A stretch of 64,000 nt of DNA from Lachnospiraceae bacterium (GCA_016290615.1 JAEEUS010000002.1:40954-104953), one strand, 5' to 3'; positions 29,605 through 40,051 are shown, counted from the stretch's first letter. The notes: generated by a model from the letters alone, not told the origin. Numbers and translations are program-made.

Positions 29605-31179
29605 ATGGCTATTAATCTGCTCGGAAACTTTAATATCAACAATAATTCATTCAACACATCAGCCGGTGAGAGTGTTGATGGTAAAATTGCGCAACAATTA
29701 CAACAGATAAATAATAATCAACTCCTTTCACAAATTCGTTCTCTGTTGCCTGGTCAAACACTTGAGGGACAGCTTGTCGAACAGGATGGAAAAGCAGTTC
29801 AGCTTCTTTTAAATAATAATCTTTTATTAAATACAACTCTTGATTCAGGGGCAAATCTTACAACAGGTCAAAATATTTCATTCGAAGTAAAAAGCAATAA
29901 AGATGGTCAGCTTGTACTAAGACCGCTTCATATGAACGTGAGCAATGAGGCTACTGCCGTAAAGGCTCTAGAAAGTGCGAGCGTTAAAGTGAGCGAAGAA
30001 ACTATAAAAATGGTTGATTCACTCATGAAGGAAGGTATGCCCATAAACAAAGAAACGCTTCAGAGCATGAACAGAGATATCAATTTGTTTCCGCAGGCAA
30101 ATATCGATGATATAGTAATGCTTCATAAACTTAATCTTCCTGTTAACGAATCAAATATTGAACAAATGCATCTTTATAACAATAATAATCAATGGATGCT
30201 TCAAAACGTCAACAACATGTCAAATGACATTGTTTCCCTACTTGAGGAATCAAGCAACCAGCCGGATGCATTAAAAGAATTAGTGCAAGAACTGGAGAAT
30301 GTATTCGGCAATGATGAGAAATCATCAGAAGAAGCCGTTAATACTGAAAAGAGCTTAAATAATAGTCTGATTCAGCAAAATGCATCGGATGGAAAGGTGA
30401 TAATACGAGAAGAGGAAATCATTGATAAAGAAGTTCAATCTTCTGATAAGAATGCTATTTCCAAAAGTGGCGATACTGAAATAAGCGCAAAGAATGTATT
30501 TGATATCTTAAAACAGGCTACACCTGAGAAACTCAAGAATCCTGAATATGCCGCTAAAGTTAAAGATGCTCTTACTGACGTAATTAGTACAAAACTTTTA
30601 ATGGAGCCAGAAAAAGTTGCCGATAAGGAATATGTAAAAAACTATTACGATAAAGTAAGAGATGTGACACAGCAGCTTGAGCAGTTACTTGCTCAAAATG
30701 GCAAAGCAGATACTGCATTTGCAAAAGATGTGACACAGATAAAGAGTAACGTTGATTTTATGAATCAGATCAACGAACTGTATAATTACGTTCAGCTGCC
30801 ATTAAAAATGGCCGGAGGACAAGCAAACGGCGATCTTTATGTATATGCAAAGAAACGTTCATCACATGGAGATGATTCTGACGAACCTCTGACTGCTTTG
30901 CTCCATCTGTCAATGGAAGCTCTCGGAAACATGGATATATTTTTGAAATTGCAAAACGAGAAACTTTCAACAAAATTCTGCCTTGAGCGGGAAGAACTCA
31001 TAGATTTTGTAGAATCTCATATTGATGAGCTCAATGAAAGACTGATAGAAAAAGGATATAATATAGATACAAGCGTAGGAAAACTTGAGGACAAGGAAAG
31101 AACTGTTATTGACAACATAAAAAACGAATCTCCTCAGGTGACTATACTAAGCACACAGACATTTGATGCGAGGGCATGA
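29605..31179 (+). CDS. FliK-like (hook-length control domain) protein, YlqG position
   Basis: Asn/Gln-rich N-terminus; C-terminal YVQLPLK...LHLSMEALG...FDARA; paired with a FlhB-C-like gene. Confidence 0.7.
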   Translation: MAINLLGNFNINNNSFNTSAGESVDGKIAQQLQQINNNQLLSQIRSLLPGQTLEGQLVEQDGKAVQLLLNNNLLLNTTLDSGANLTTGQNISFEVKSNKDGQLVLRPLHMNVSNEATAVKALESASVKVSEETIKMVDSLMKEGMPINKETLQSMNRDINLFPQANIDDIVMLHKLNLPVNESNIEQMHLYNNNNQWMLQNVNNMSNDIVSLLEESSNQPDALKELVQELENVFGNDEKSSEEAVNTEKSLNNSLIQQNASDGKVIIREEEIIDKEVQSSDKNAISKSGDTEISAKNVFDILKQATPEKLKNPEYAAKVKDALTDVISTKLLMEPEKVADKEYVKNYYDKVRDVTQQLEQLLAQNGKADTAFAKDVTQIKSNVDFMNQINELYNYVQLPLKMAGGQANGDLYVYAKKRSSHGDDSDEPLTALLHLSMEALGNMDIFLKLQNEKLSTKFCLEREELIDFVESHIDELNERLIEKGYNIDTSVGKLEDKERTVIDNIKNESPQVTILSTQTFDARA

Positions 31180-31460
31180 TATTGAATAAACAACCTAAAC
31201 AGAAAACAGCCATAGCCCTTGAATATAATCCCGATGAAGCGGCCCCCAAGGTCATCGCCACGGGTAAAGGTCTTGTTGCTGAAAAGATTATTGAAAAAGC
31301 AAAAGAAGAAAATATACCTGTTCATGCAGACAGCAAGTTGGCTGGAACTCTTTCGAAGCTCGAAATCGGTGATATGATTCCCCCTGAACTATATGAGGCT
31401 GTTGCCGAGATCCTTGTTTTCGTTGATGCACTGGAAAAAATAAAGAAAAAGGGAAAGTAA
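31176..31460 (+). CDS. FlhB C-terminal-like protein (YlqH/EscU family)
   Basis: AIALEY...APKVIATGKG..AEKII...IPPELYEAVAEIL. Confidence 0.92.
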   Translation: MILNKQPKQKTAIALEYNPDEAAPKVIATGKGLVAEKIIEKAKEENIPVHADSKLAGTLSKLEIGDMIPPELYEAVAEILVFVDALEKIKKKGK

Positions 31461-31484
31461 AAATAGTATATAATGATAACAATT

Positions 31485-31514
31485 AACAGACAGGGAAATG
31501 TCCTTGTCTGTTTT
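31485..31514 (+). terminator. Terminator after the FlhB-C-like gene
   Basis: AACAGACAGGGA-AATG-TCCTTGTCTGTT followed by TT. Confidence 0.8.
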
Positions 31515-31546
31515 GAAGTATCGATAAATATAATACTATATTATAG

Positions 31547-31588
31547 TTAAGAAATACTTAATAAATTTATAGACTTTTTCTTTATAAT
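31547..31588 (+). promoter_or_regulatory. Candidate response-regulator direct repeat plus -10 element
   Basis: TTAAGA-AATAC-TTAAT (11-bp period) with TATAAT at 31583, upstream of the OmpR-family gene. Confidence 0.45.
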
Positions 31589-31636
31589 AGATTGGTTTAA
31601 TGTATTATAGAATATCAGAAAAAGGGGGTACTATTT

Positions 31637-32332
31637 GTGAAGTCAAACATACTTGTTGTTGATGATGACAGAGAGATCGTTGATGCGATAGAGATTTATC
31701 TTTTACAAGAAGATTTCAATGTATTTAAGGCATACGACGGCGAAGAAGCAATAAAACTGCTTAAGGCACATGATATACATCTTATGCTTCTTGATATTAT
31801 GATGCCTAAACTCGATGGAATACATGCTGCTCTGAAAATCAGAGAATACAGCAGTGTACCCATTATATTTCTTTCTGCAAAATCAGAAGACTCAGACAAG
31901 ATCCTCGGATTAAACATCGGAGCTGATGATTATATAACCAAACCTTTTAATCCGTTAGAACTTGTAGCCAGAGTTAAATCAAATCTAAGAAGATACACTA
32001 CTCTCGGAAGCATAGATACTGGTAATGACAATGTTTTCACTGTCGGAGGTCTTGTTATTAATGATGATACCAAGGATGTTACCGTTGAAGGAAACAATGT
32101 AAAGCTAACCCCGATCGAATATAATATTCTGCTCTTACTTGTAAAAAATCAGGGACGTGTATTCTCAATTGATCAGATATATGAAAACATCTGGGAAGAA
32201 GAAGCAATAGGTGCAGATAATACTGTTGCAGTGCACATCAGACATATAAGAGAGAAGATTGAAATAAATCCCAAGGAGCCAAGATACCTGAAGGTAGTAT
32301 GGGGAGTTGGATATAAGATAGAAAAGCAATAA
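31637..32332 (+). CDS. OmpR/PhoB family response regulator
   Basis: ILVVDDD, LLDIMMP, GADDYITKPF, VAVHIRHIREKI, VWGVGYK. Confidence 0.96.
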   Translation: MKSNILVVDDDREIVDAIEIYLLQEDFNVFKAYDGEEAIKLLKAHDIHLMLLDIMMPKLDGIHAALKIREYSSVPIIFLSAKSEDSDKILGLNIGADDYITKPFNPLELVARVKSNLRRYTTLGSIDTGNDNVFTVGGLVINDDTKDVTVEGNNVKLTPIEYNILLLLVKNQGRVFSIDQIYENIWEEEAIGADNTVAVHIRHIREKIEINPKEPRYLKVVWGVGYKIEKQ

Positions 32333-32359
32333 ATACAAATCATAGATGAGGGAACGTAT

Positions 32360-34741
32360 ATGGCTGCAAAAAAAGGCATAAGCAAGGCGATGAGATTCTG
32401 GCTGATTCTGCTCAGCACGATAATGATTGCCGTAACATTTTTATCTACATACATATTTATTGAAGATTCCACAATGATCGTAGACTACGGTGATTATAAA
32501 GGAAGCTTCTTTTTGCCTTTCTTTGAGAGAGATGAAGTAAGTTATGAAGATTCAGAACTCTTTGATCTGATCTTTGAAAGATGTGTTGATGATCTTGTGC
32601 GTATGGCTGTTATTAAAAATCAGATGGAGACTGACGGATCATACGATCCTAAAAAGGTTATTGATATTACAGCATATGCAAACAGAAATAAAATTGCATA
32701 TGACAAAAATCTGACAGCGCAGTATTATCTCGATGATTTAATTAATTGGGGAAATAAAGGAATAGAATATAAAACTGTTTCAGCTGCAACACTTCCTTTT
32801 GAAGTAGATACCGATGAAGTTACCATTGCTGTAGCCAGATACAGAAGCATCGAGAATAAGGATCTGATTAGCTATGCTTCCAACATGGAAGAATACAACG
32901 AACTCCTTAATAATCTTATTGCAACATCTTCTGCATTGTTTTCAAATTATCAGGAATATGTAAAATTCAATGACAGATATGGTGTAGGCAAAACAAATAT
33001 GCTTTATTGCATACAGATGTACAATGACGGTAAGCTTGTTAGATTTACTAACATGGAAGTTATAAGCAGCAAGCACAAAGTTGATGAAATCACTGGTCTG
33101 TTCAAAAAACAGCTTAAATATCTGTATTTCAATCCTGATAAAATGACAATGGTCAGCAATACAGATATCAATGCACTTAAGATGCAGGGCATTATAAATA
33201 ACTACAGCTATGCATTCAGTGATAATTCGAGAATATGGATCGGATTTGATAACATGTATACCGCCGATGACGGCTTTGCTCAGGGTAAGCGATATTATGA
33301 TTCAAAATCCGCTAATTCGAACGGAATAACCCTGATAGTTGTTATCTGGATATCATTCTTTGCATACTTAAGCCTTTTTGTGTACCTGATAATCAAAGAA
33401 GGAAGAGTCTACGTTAAGAAGGACGAAGAAAATATCAATACTGAAGAAGTTAGACTGAAAAAGATTGACCATATGCCAATTGAGTTTCTTGCAGTATTGG
33501 CATTTGGAATAGTCCTTATGGATTGTATTATCGGTGCATATGTTATCAGATATAGCAAAAACCATGTATTTGATGGCATCTTTGTCTACGCAATGATCGT
33601 ACTGGCAACGATCATTCTAAACTATACTTTCATGCCAATGGTTCTTTGCATAGTAAGAAAGATAAAAGCAAAGAATTTAATGGAGAACAGTTGTATAAAA
33701 TGGCTGATAGCTTGCATAAGAAAAGGAACAATAGAAGCATACGATAACGGTCACGCCATAATAAGAACGTGGATTCCATATATAATTTTCTTGTTGATAA
33801 ATCTAATTTGCATCATACTTTCACCGATTGGTCTTATTGTAGCAGCTATTTTCGATTTGCTCGTTGGCGTATATCTTTACAGAAACAATAAGGAAAGACA
33901 GGAGATTGTTAAGAGCATTAATATAATTAGCGAATCTGATATAAAACATCAGATGAACACGGAAAAAATGCACGGTGATAATCTTGAACTTGCAAATGCA
34001 GTTAACAATATCGGAAACGGAATCAGAAAAGCAGTAGAAACTTCAATGAAAGACGAGAAGATGAAGGCTGATCTGATAACGAATGTTTCGCACGATATAA
34101 AAACGCCACTTACGTCTATTATTAACTATGTAGACCTTTTAAAGCGTGAAAACATACCGGACGAAAAGATCAGCGGCTATATAGATATCCTTGATCAAAA
34201 AAGCCAGAGATTAAAACAACTCACTGATGATCTTGTTGAAGCGTCTAAGATAAGTTCCGGAAATATAGTTCTGAATTTTGAGCGTATTAACATAGTTGAA
34301 CTGATAAATCAGTCAATTGGAGAATATGAGGACAAATTTGCGGATCATGGTTTAAAATGCAGATTCACACCGCCTTCAAATCAGATCTATATAAGTGTTG
34401 ACAGCAAGAGCATGTTCAGAATAATCGATAATCTGTATAACAATATATACAAGTACGCTCTTCAGGGAACCAGAGTATATATTGATATTGAGCAATTTGG
34501 AGTTGAAGGAGCCCAGAGAGTACAGCTTTCTGTCAAGAATATTTCTGAAAACCAGCTCAATATGTCTGCTCAGGAGCTTGTAGAAAGATTCAAGCAGGGT
34601 GATGAATCAAGAAAGAGTGAAGGATCTGGTCTTGGTCTGTCAATAGCTAAAAGCCTAACTGAAGCCATGAACGGACAGTTTGATATATTCCTTGACGGAG
34701 ATCTTTTCAAGGTAATACTTACTTTTCCCTGTATACCATGA
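32360..34741 (+). CDS. Sensor histidine kinase with a large extracytoplasmic domain
   Basis: NVSHDIKTPLT H-box, NLYNNIYKY N-box, GSGLGLSIA G2 box; several TM segments. Confidence 0.95.
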   Translation: MAAKKGISKAMRFWLILLSTIMIAVTFLSTYIFIEDSTMIVDYGDYKGSFFLPFFERDEVSYEDSELFDLIFERCVDDLVRMAVIKNQMETDGSYDPKKVIDITAYANRNKIAYDKNLTAQYYLDDLINWGNKGIEYKTVSAATLPFEVDTDEVTIAVARYRSIENKDLISYASNMEEYNELLNNLIATSSALFSNYQEYVKFNDRYGVGKTNMLYCIQMYNDGKLVRFTNMEVISSKHKVDEITGLFKKQLKYLYFNPDKMTMVSNTDINALKMQGIINNYSYAFSDNSRIWIGFDNMYTADDGFAQGKRYYDSKSANSNGITLIVVIWISFFAYLSLFVYLIIKEGRVYVKKDEENINTEEVRLKKIDHMPIEFLAVLAFGIVLMDCIIGAYVIRYSKNHVFDGIFVYAMIVLATIILNYTFMPMVLCIVRKIKAKNLMENSCIKWLIACIRKGTIEAYDNGHAIIRTWIPYIIFLLINLICIILSPIGLIVAAIFDLLVGVYLYRNNKERQEIVKSINIISESDIKHQMNTEKMHGDNLELANAVNNIGNGIRKAVETSMKDEKMKADLITNVSHDIKTPLTSIINYVDLLKRENIPDEKISGYIDILDQKSQRLKQLTDDLVEASKISSGNIVLNFERINIVELINQSIGEYEDKFADHGLKCRFTPPSNQIYISVDSKSMFRIIDNLYNNIYKYALQGTRVYIDIEQFGVEGAQRVQLSVKNISENQLNMSAQELVERFKQGDESRKSEGSGLGLSIAKSLTEAMNGQFDIFLDGDLFKVILTFPCIP

Positions 34742-34742
34742 T

Positions 34743-34772
34743 TTGTCATATAAAAGGGATATATGATATAAT
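34743..34772 (+). promoter_or_regulatory. Extended -10 promoter of the SGNH gene (near-leaderless)
   Basis: TTGTCA-18 bp-TATAAT with TGn extension; ATG lies 8 nt after the -10, with no SD. Confidence 0.55.
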
Positions 34773-34780
34773 ATTTAACT

Positions 34781-36145
34781 ATGATGGACAGGGAAAAAAG
34801 AAGAAACATCATAAAGAAAATTGTAAGATTCTGGCTCAAGCATGAACTTGCTATAGCTATTGGATTAGTAGCTATATTTATATGTACAGCAATTACCGTT
34901 TTGTATGTATGTTTTGCGGACAGAAAACAGATTACTGAAAGTGTTTCTTCACAGCAGGATTATTCAAATATCTTTGATACTGATGAATCCGGCCAGATAG
35001 TCAAAAATACCAGAAAAAACAGGACAGTCATAGCTACTACAAATTCTGGCGGAGAAGTAATAGAAGAAGAGTACAAGACTATCCTAGAATATAATGCAAA
35101 TACCAAACCCGGCTACATGAACAACTGTATCTTTTTGGGAGATTCAAGAACAGTTGCGATGGTTAGTTACGGGTTTGTTTCTGATGAGAACGTTCTTGCC
35201 AAAGTAGGTATAAGTCATACAAGCGTATTATCATCCACCTTCATGCAAAACAGCGGAAAACAGTATACGATCGAATCATATCTAAAATCTCATAAAGCGC
35301 CAGTAATATACATCAATTATGGTGTAAATGGCATGAACGGTATTTCCGAAGAAAAATACGAAAAAGCATATAAGGAAGTAGTCGAAAAGATTATGGATCT
35401 TGCTCCGGAGAGTGAGATCGTTTTAATGGCTATTTGGCCTGTGGATGATAACGGCCCTTACAAGGGCAACGTCAAAAATGAATGGATAGATAAATATAAT
35501 GAATTCCTTAAGACTTTGGCAGAATATGAAGGAATATTCTATCTTGATGTTGATTCAGTTTTAAAGGGAACTGACGGTCAGATCAAAGGCGAGTATGATG
35601 CAGGTGACGGCTTGCATTACAGAGCCTGCGCTTATACAACAATACTTGAATATGTTATTCATCATCCTGTTAAGGGAGTTTCTGATGACGGAGAGTTTAT
35701 AGTTAAATACGTTAAGCCTACAGGTGATTTCAAAAAGATGATGAAGGAAACAACCACGCTTCCTGCTAATGTTCAGGTTGTTGAACCAGAAGAGTTAAAT
35801 CAGGAACAGCAGCAACAGGAAGAACTGATAACTCCTTCACCAACTCCTGAAGCTGAAAAGACAAAAGAAGAGCCAGCTCCTCAACCAAAGCCGACACCTA
35901 CACCAACTCCTGAACCGCCCCAACCAAGTCCTAATCCTGGACCCACACAGGAAGCACAGCCTACAAATGAGGTAAAGGAAACACCAGCAGTAACACCTGA
36001 GCCAGTTGTTACCGAAGAGCCGGAAGTGACTGAAGATGCACCCCTTTCACCATCACCAACAGTTGAAGTAACACCTACTCCTGATCCAGGACAGCAAGAG
36101 ACGCCTGCACCTACCGAACAATCAAGTGAAAGTTCTGGGGAATAA
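34781..36145 (+). CDS. Membrane-anchored SGNH/GDSL hydrolase or acyltransferase with Pro/Thr/Glu-rich tail
   Basis: N-terminal TM; IFLGDSRT, NYGVNG and GDGLHY (SGNH blocks I, III, V). Confidence 0.85.
   Translation: MMDREKRRNIIKKIVRFWLKHELAIAIGLVAIFICTAITVLYVCFADRKQITESVSSQQDYSNIFDTDESGQIVKNTRKNRTVIATTNSGGEVIEEEYKTILEYNANTKPGYMNNCIFLGDSRTVAMVSYGFVSDENVLAKVGISHTSVLSSTFMQNSGKQYTIESYLKSHKAPVIYINYGVNGMNGISEEKYEKAYKEVVEKIMDLAPESEIVLMAIWPVDDNGPYKGNVKNEWIDKYNEFLKTLAEYEGIFYLDVDSVLKGTDGQIKGEYDAGDGLHYRACAYTTILEYVIHHPVKGVSDDGEFIVKYVKPTGDFKKMMKETTTLPANVQVVEPEELNQEQQQQEELITPSPTPEAEKTKEEPAPQPKPTPTPTPEPPQPSPNPGPTQEAQPTNEVKETPAVTPEPVVTEEPEVTEDAPLSPSPTVEVTPTPDPGQQETPAPTEQSSESSGE
35800..36142 (+). repeat. Low-complexity PT/PE-rich coding tail
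   Basis: QEQQQQEE...PTPTPTPEPPQPSPNP...TPTP. Confidence 0.7.
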
Positions 36146-36190
36146 AGAAACAAAGGATCCTAAAGATTTTTCTTAAGGAATATATTTGAT

Positions 36191-37684
36191 ATGCTCTTTA
36201 ATTCATACATTTTCATATTTATATTTCTTCCGATCACTTTGTTAGGGTGGTACGGTTTAAACAGATTGCATGCTTACAAGATATCTCTTATATTTCTTGT
36301 AGGCATGTCTTTATGGTTCTACGGATATTTCAACCCAAGCTATCTTCTTATAATCATTTCCAGTATATTGATTAATTATCTTCTAAGCTTTTCATTTGAA
36401 AAGATAAATTCAAAGTCAGGAAAAGTCATATGGCTTTTGATTGGTCTTTCTTTTAATCTGGGAATTCTATTCTATTTCAAATACTTTGATTTCTTCATTG
36501 AAAACATAAATATGATATTTAAGAGTGATTTTACTCTTAAACATATATTGTTGCCGCTTGGAATCAGTTTTTTCACATTCCAGCAGATATCTTTTATTAT
36601 TGACAGATTCAGAGGTAAAGCAAGACATTATGATCTGTTGAATTACTCTGCATTCGTTACATTCTTTCCTCAACTTGTTGCCGGACCGATCGTTCTTTAT
36701 GATGAGGTAATGCCTCAGTTTGAAGATTTAAAAAAGAGAAAGTTTAATACTGAAAACTTCACAAAAGGTCTTGGGATGTTTTCAATCGGTCTTGGTAAGA
36801 AGGTTTTACTTGCTGACGTGCTTGCACATGTAGTTAACTATGGATTTGACAATGCAGTTTTTCTTGATTCGATTTCCACATTTATTGTTGGACTTTTCTA
36901 TGCATTTGAACTGTACTTTGATTTCAGCGGATATAGTGACATGGCGATGGGTCTTGGGCTTATGTTCAATATATTCCTTCCTCAGAACTTTAGCTCACCT
37001 TATAAGGCATGCAGCATGAAACAGTTATGGCAGGGCTGGCATATTACACTTTCCCGTTTCTTTGTTCAATACGTTTATATACCGATGGGTGGAAGCAGAA
37101 AAGGTAAAGCGAGAGCTCTATTTAATGTTTTCTTTATCTTCATGTTAAGCGGATTGTGGCACGGAGCTGCCTGGACTTTTGTTGTGTGGGGTATCATACA
37201 GGGCCTTGCTCTTGTTTGGGATAATCTTTATCTGATCGGTGTTAAAGGACAGGGTGGAAAGCAGGAGCCTAAAATAGGGATTCCAAAACTCTTGGGTCAG
37301 TTTTTAACTTTCAATTTTTTCCTTGCAACACTTTTTGTATTCAGAGCCAATACTCTTAGTGATGCAGCACTCATGTTTAAGAATATCTTTTCATTTAAAT
37401 ACACAGGAAGCATATCAAGATTATTGCCATATATGGACCTCCCGGAGTTTTATTTGATCAAACAGATAATCTCGATGAAAGCGCCATCTGCTTTAAATGC
37501 CATGTATGGTTTTATAATGATCCTTTTACTATTTATATCAATATTCATCATAACAAGAAAGAATTCATTTCAATTACTGAATGAAACACAGACAAGAAAG
37601 AAGTATCTGTTTGCTGCGTTTGTTTTTTGCTGGTCAGTGATATCATTCTCTCAGGTCAGCACATTTATATATTTTAATTTCTGA
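36191..37684 (+). CDS. MBOAT O-acyltransferase (AlgI/PatA/DltB family)
   Basis: MLFNS, LPLGISFFTFQ, FFPQLVAGPI, DFSGYSDMA, WHITLS, GLWHGA (catalytic His). Confidence 0.93.
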   Translation: MLFNSYIFIFIFLPITLLGWYGLNRLHAYKISLIFLVGMSLWFYGYFNPSYLLIIISSILINYLLSFSFEKINSKSGKVIWLLIGLSFNLGILFYFKYFDFFIENINMIFKSDFTLKHILLPLGISFFTFQQISFIIDRFRGKARHYDLLNYSAFVTFFPQLVAGPIVLYDEVMPQFEDLKKRKFNTENFTKGLGMFSIGLGKKVLLADVLAHVVNYGFDNAVFLDSISTFIVGLFYAFELYFDFSGYSDMAMGLGLMFNIFLPQNFSSPYKACSMKQLWQGWHITLSRFFVQYVYIPMGGSRKGKARALFNVFFIFMLSGLWHGAAWTFVVWGIIQGLALVWDNLYLIGVKGQGGKQEPKIGIPKLLGQFLTFNFFLATLFVFRANTLSDAALMFKNIFSFKYTGSISRLLPYMDLPEFYLIKQIISMKAPSALNAMYGFIMILLLFISIFIITRKNSFQLLNETQTRKKYLFAAFVFCWSVISFSQVSTFIYFNF

Positions 37685-37686
37685 TT

Positions 37687-38781
37687 ATGGATATTTCATT
37701 TAATAAGTTATTAAAGAATTTCATATTGACTGTAGTAGTAGTTTTACTTATCTGCATTGTTACTGTGATAGTGATTGATCCTTTTTTCCATTATCATAAA
37801 CCTCTACCAGGACTCAAAGCAGTTCTTACAGATAAGGAGTATCAATGTATCGGAACTATTAAGAACTTTGATTATGATGCTCTGATAGTTGGTTCGTCCG
37901 TATGTGAGAATTACAATAATAACTGGTTTGATGAAAAGTTTGACTGTAAGAGCATAAAGGCAGTTAGAAGCTATGGTGCTACAGCGGATCTTTGCAATTT
38001 TATTGATGAAGCATACAAAGATCATGACCTTAAATATGTATTCTACAATATCGATCCAACATCTCTGGCTGCTAAACCATATCTTACATTTGAAGAGACC
38101 GGATGCCCCATGTATCTGTATGACAGTAATCCTTTAAATGATATAGAATATCTGCTCAACAAGGATGTGCTGATAGAAAAGATACCTTATATGATAACAA
38201 AGTCATTTATCGGTGATTATGATGAAGGTAATTCTTTTAACTGGGGACAGTGGAAGGAATTTCATGCTGATATGGTCACAGGACTATATATCCGTTCTCA
38301 TTCTGTCAAGGAAATGAAGGATAAGGATTTCTACGAAGAAGAATGCAGTGCAAACATTGAGATGATTGAAACTATTGTAAGTAAACATCCCGAGACGAAA
38401 TTTTACTTCTTTTATCCCCCTTATTCTTTCGTCTGGTGGGATGGGGTATATCGCGACGGAGATCTGAATGCTTACATAAATAACATGAAAAATTGTACTT
38501 CCTGTTTGAAAGCATACGAGAACGTCGAGTTTTACAATTTTATTACTGATGAAGAAGTGGTTACAGATCTGGATAATTACATGGATGTTCTTCATTTCTC
38601 ACCTGATATAAATCAAAGGATCGTTGAAAAGCTAGGAAGTGATGAATATGTAATAGATTCTGATAATATTGCTGATATGGCTGACGATATGTATTCTTTT
38701 GCAATGAGAGTTCAGGATGAGCTTATTGTCCCTTATGTGGATATAATAAAGGTACAGCCAAGTGAAGATGAGGATTCTTGA
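37687..38781 (+). CDS. Membrane-anchored SGNH-like protein (AlgJ/PatB/DltD-like MBOAT partner)
   Basis: N-terminal TM then DPFFHYH; IVGSS and MDVLHF (DxxH) motifs; 2 nt after the MBOAT stop. Confidence 0.65.
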   Translation: MDISFNKLLKNFILTVVVVLLICIVTVIVIDPFFHYHKPLPGLKAVLTDKEYQCIGTIKNFDYDALIVGSSVCENYNNNWFDEKFDCKSIKAVRSYGATADLCNFIDEAYKDHDLKYVFYNIDPTSLAAKPYLTFEETGCPMYLYDSNPLNDIEYLLNKDVLIEKIPYMITKSFIGDYDEGNSFNWGQWKEFHADMVTGLYIRSHSVKEMKDKDFYEEECSANIEMIETIVSKHPETKFYFFYPPYSFVWWDGVYRDGDLNAYINNMKNCTSCLKAYENVEFYNFITDEEVVTDLDNYMDVLHFSPDINQRIVEKLGSDEYVIDSDNIADMADDMYSFAMRVQDELIVPYVDIIKVQPSEDEDS

Positions 38782-38806
38782 CTATTTACATTTAAATAGG
38801 TAAAAT
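38778..38806 (+). promoter_or_regulatory. Sigma-A promoter of the prs operon
   Basis: TTGACT-17 bp-TAAAAT. Confidence 0.7.
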
Positions 38807-38839
38807 TCGTTTTGAGATTTTTATAAAAAGGAGCAACTA

Positions 38840-40051
38840 ATGACTGATTTTAAAAAGATAGACAACTCAATACCTGTCGCACCGCTGGCTCTTGTTGTGC
38901 ATGAATCGGCTGCTTCGCTTGGCCGTGATGTTGACAGGCTCATAGTCTCTAAGAGAAAAAGAGGCCGCGAACAGTTCGTTCAAAGTGATGTCATTGAAGG
39001 ATATTTAAACAAGTCATTTCTTGTTGATATGAAATGTACCAGATTCGGTACGGGTGAAGGAAAAGCTGTATTTGATGAATCTGTCAGAGGTAAGGATGTT
39101 TTCATACTTATAGATATATGCAACAATTCACTGACATATAAGATGAACGGCTTCATCAATCACATGTCTCCGGATGATCTTTATCAAGATCTGAAAAGAA
39201 TAATAGGAGCAATTGCTGGAAAAGCCAAACGAATAAATGTCATAATGCCATTTTTATACGAAGGAAGACAACATAAGAGAAACAGCAGAGAATCGCTTGA
39301 CTGTGCTTTTATGCTTGATGAACTTTATAACATGGGGATTGACAATTTCATTACTTTTGATGCACATGATCCCAGAGTAGCCAATTCTATACCCTTAAGT
39401 GGATTTGACAATTATACGCCTCCATACCAGTTTATAAAGGCTCTGCTTGGAGCAGAAGATGATCTGATAATAGATAAAGACCATCTTGTTGTTATTTCTC
39501 CGGATGAAGGAGCTCTTGACAGAAGCGTATATTTTGCTAACGTACTCGGAGTCAATACCGGTATGTTCTATAAGAGAAGAGATTACAGCAAGATCGTAAA
39601 TGGTAAGAATCCCATCGTAGCTCATGAATTCTTGGGTGATGATATTGATGGAAAAGATGTAATAGTTATGGATGATATGATAAGCTCCGGCGAAAGTATG
39701 CTCGATACTGCAAGACAGCTTAAGGAGATGAACGCCAAGAGAGTATTCATCTGTTGTACGTTTGGATTGTTCACCAATGGTCTGCGTCTCTTTGATGAAG
39801 CATATGAGAAGTGTTATTTTGATAAGGTTGTTACGACAAATCTTAACTATTTCCCTCAGGAGCTTAAGACAAAGCCTTATTATATTGAAGCGGATATGAG
39901 CGGATTCTTAGCAGATGTTGTTGATTTTATGAATCATGATGTCAGCATGAGCAATGTTCATACACCTGCTGATAAGATACATGATGTAATAAACAGATAC
40001 AATCAGCGTCAGAATTATGATTTTGAAGATGCAGGAAAGAAAGATACCTGA
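38840..40051 (+). CDS. prs: Ribose-phosphate pyrophosphokinase
   Basis: RFGTGEG, ESVRGKDVF, MPFLYEGRQ, SPDEGA, DDMISSGES PRPP loop. Confidence 0.9.
   Translation: MTDFKKIDNSIPVAPLALVVHESAASLGRDVDRLIVSKRKRGREQFVQSDVIEGYLNKSFLVDMKCTRFGTGEGKAVFDESVRGKDVFILIDICNNSLTYKMNGFINHMSPDDLYQDLKRIIGAIAGKAKRINVIMPFLYEGRQHKRNSRESLDCAFMLDELYNMGIDNFITFDAHDPRVANSIPLSGFDNYTPPYQFIKALLGAEDDLIIDKDHLVVISPDEGALDRSVYFANVLGVNTGMFYKRRDYSKIVNGKNPIVAHEFLGDDIDGKDVIVMDDMISSGESMLDTARQLKEMNAKRVFICCTFGLFTNGLRLFDEAYEKCYFDKVVTTNLNYFPQELKTKPYYIEADMSGFLADVVDFMNHDVSMSNVHTPADKIHDVINRYNQRQNYDFEDAGKKDT

Noticed and set aside
35881-36153. Gly/Val-rich minus-strand ORF
   Set aside because: Antisense mirror of the Pro/Thr-rich tail of the SGNH protein.
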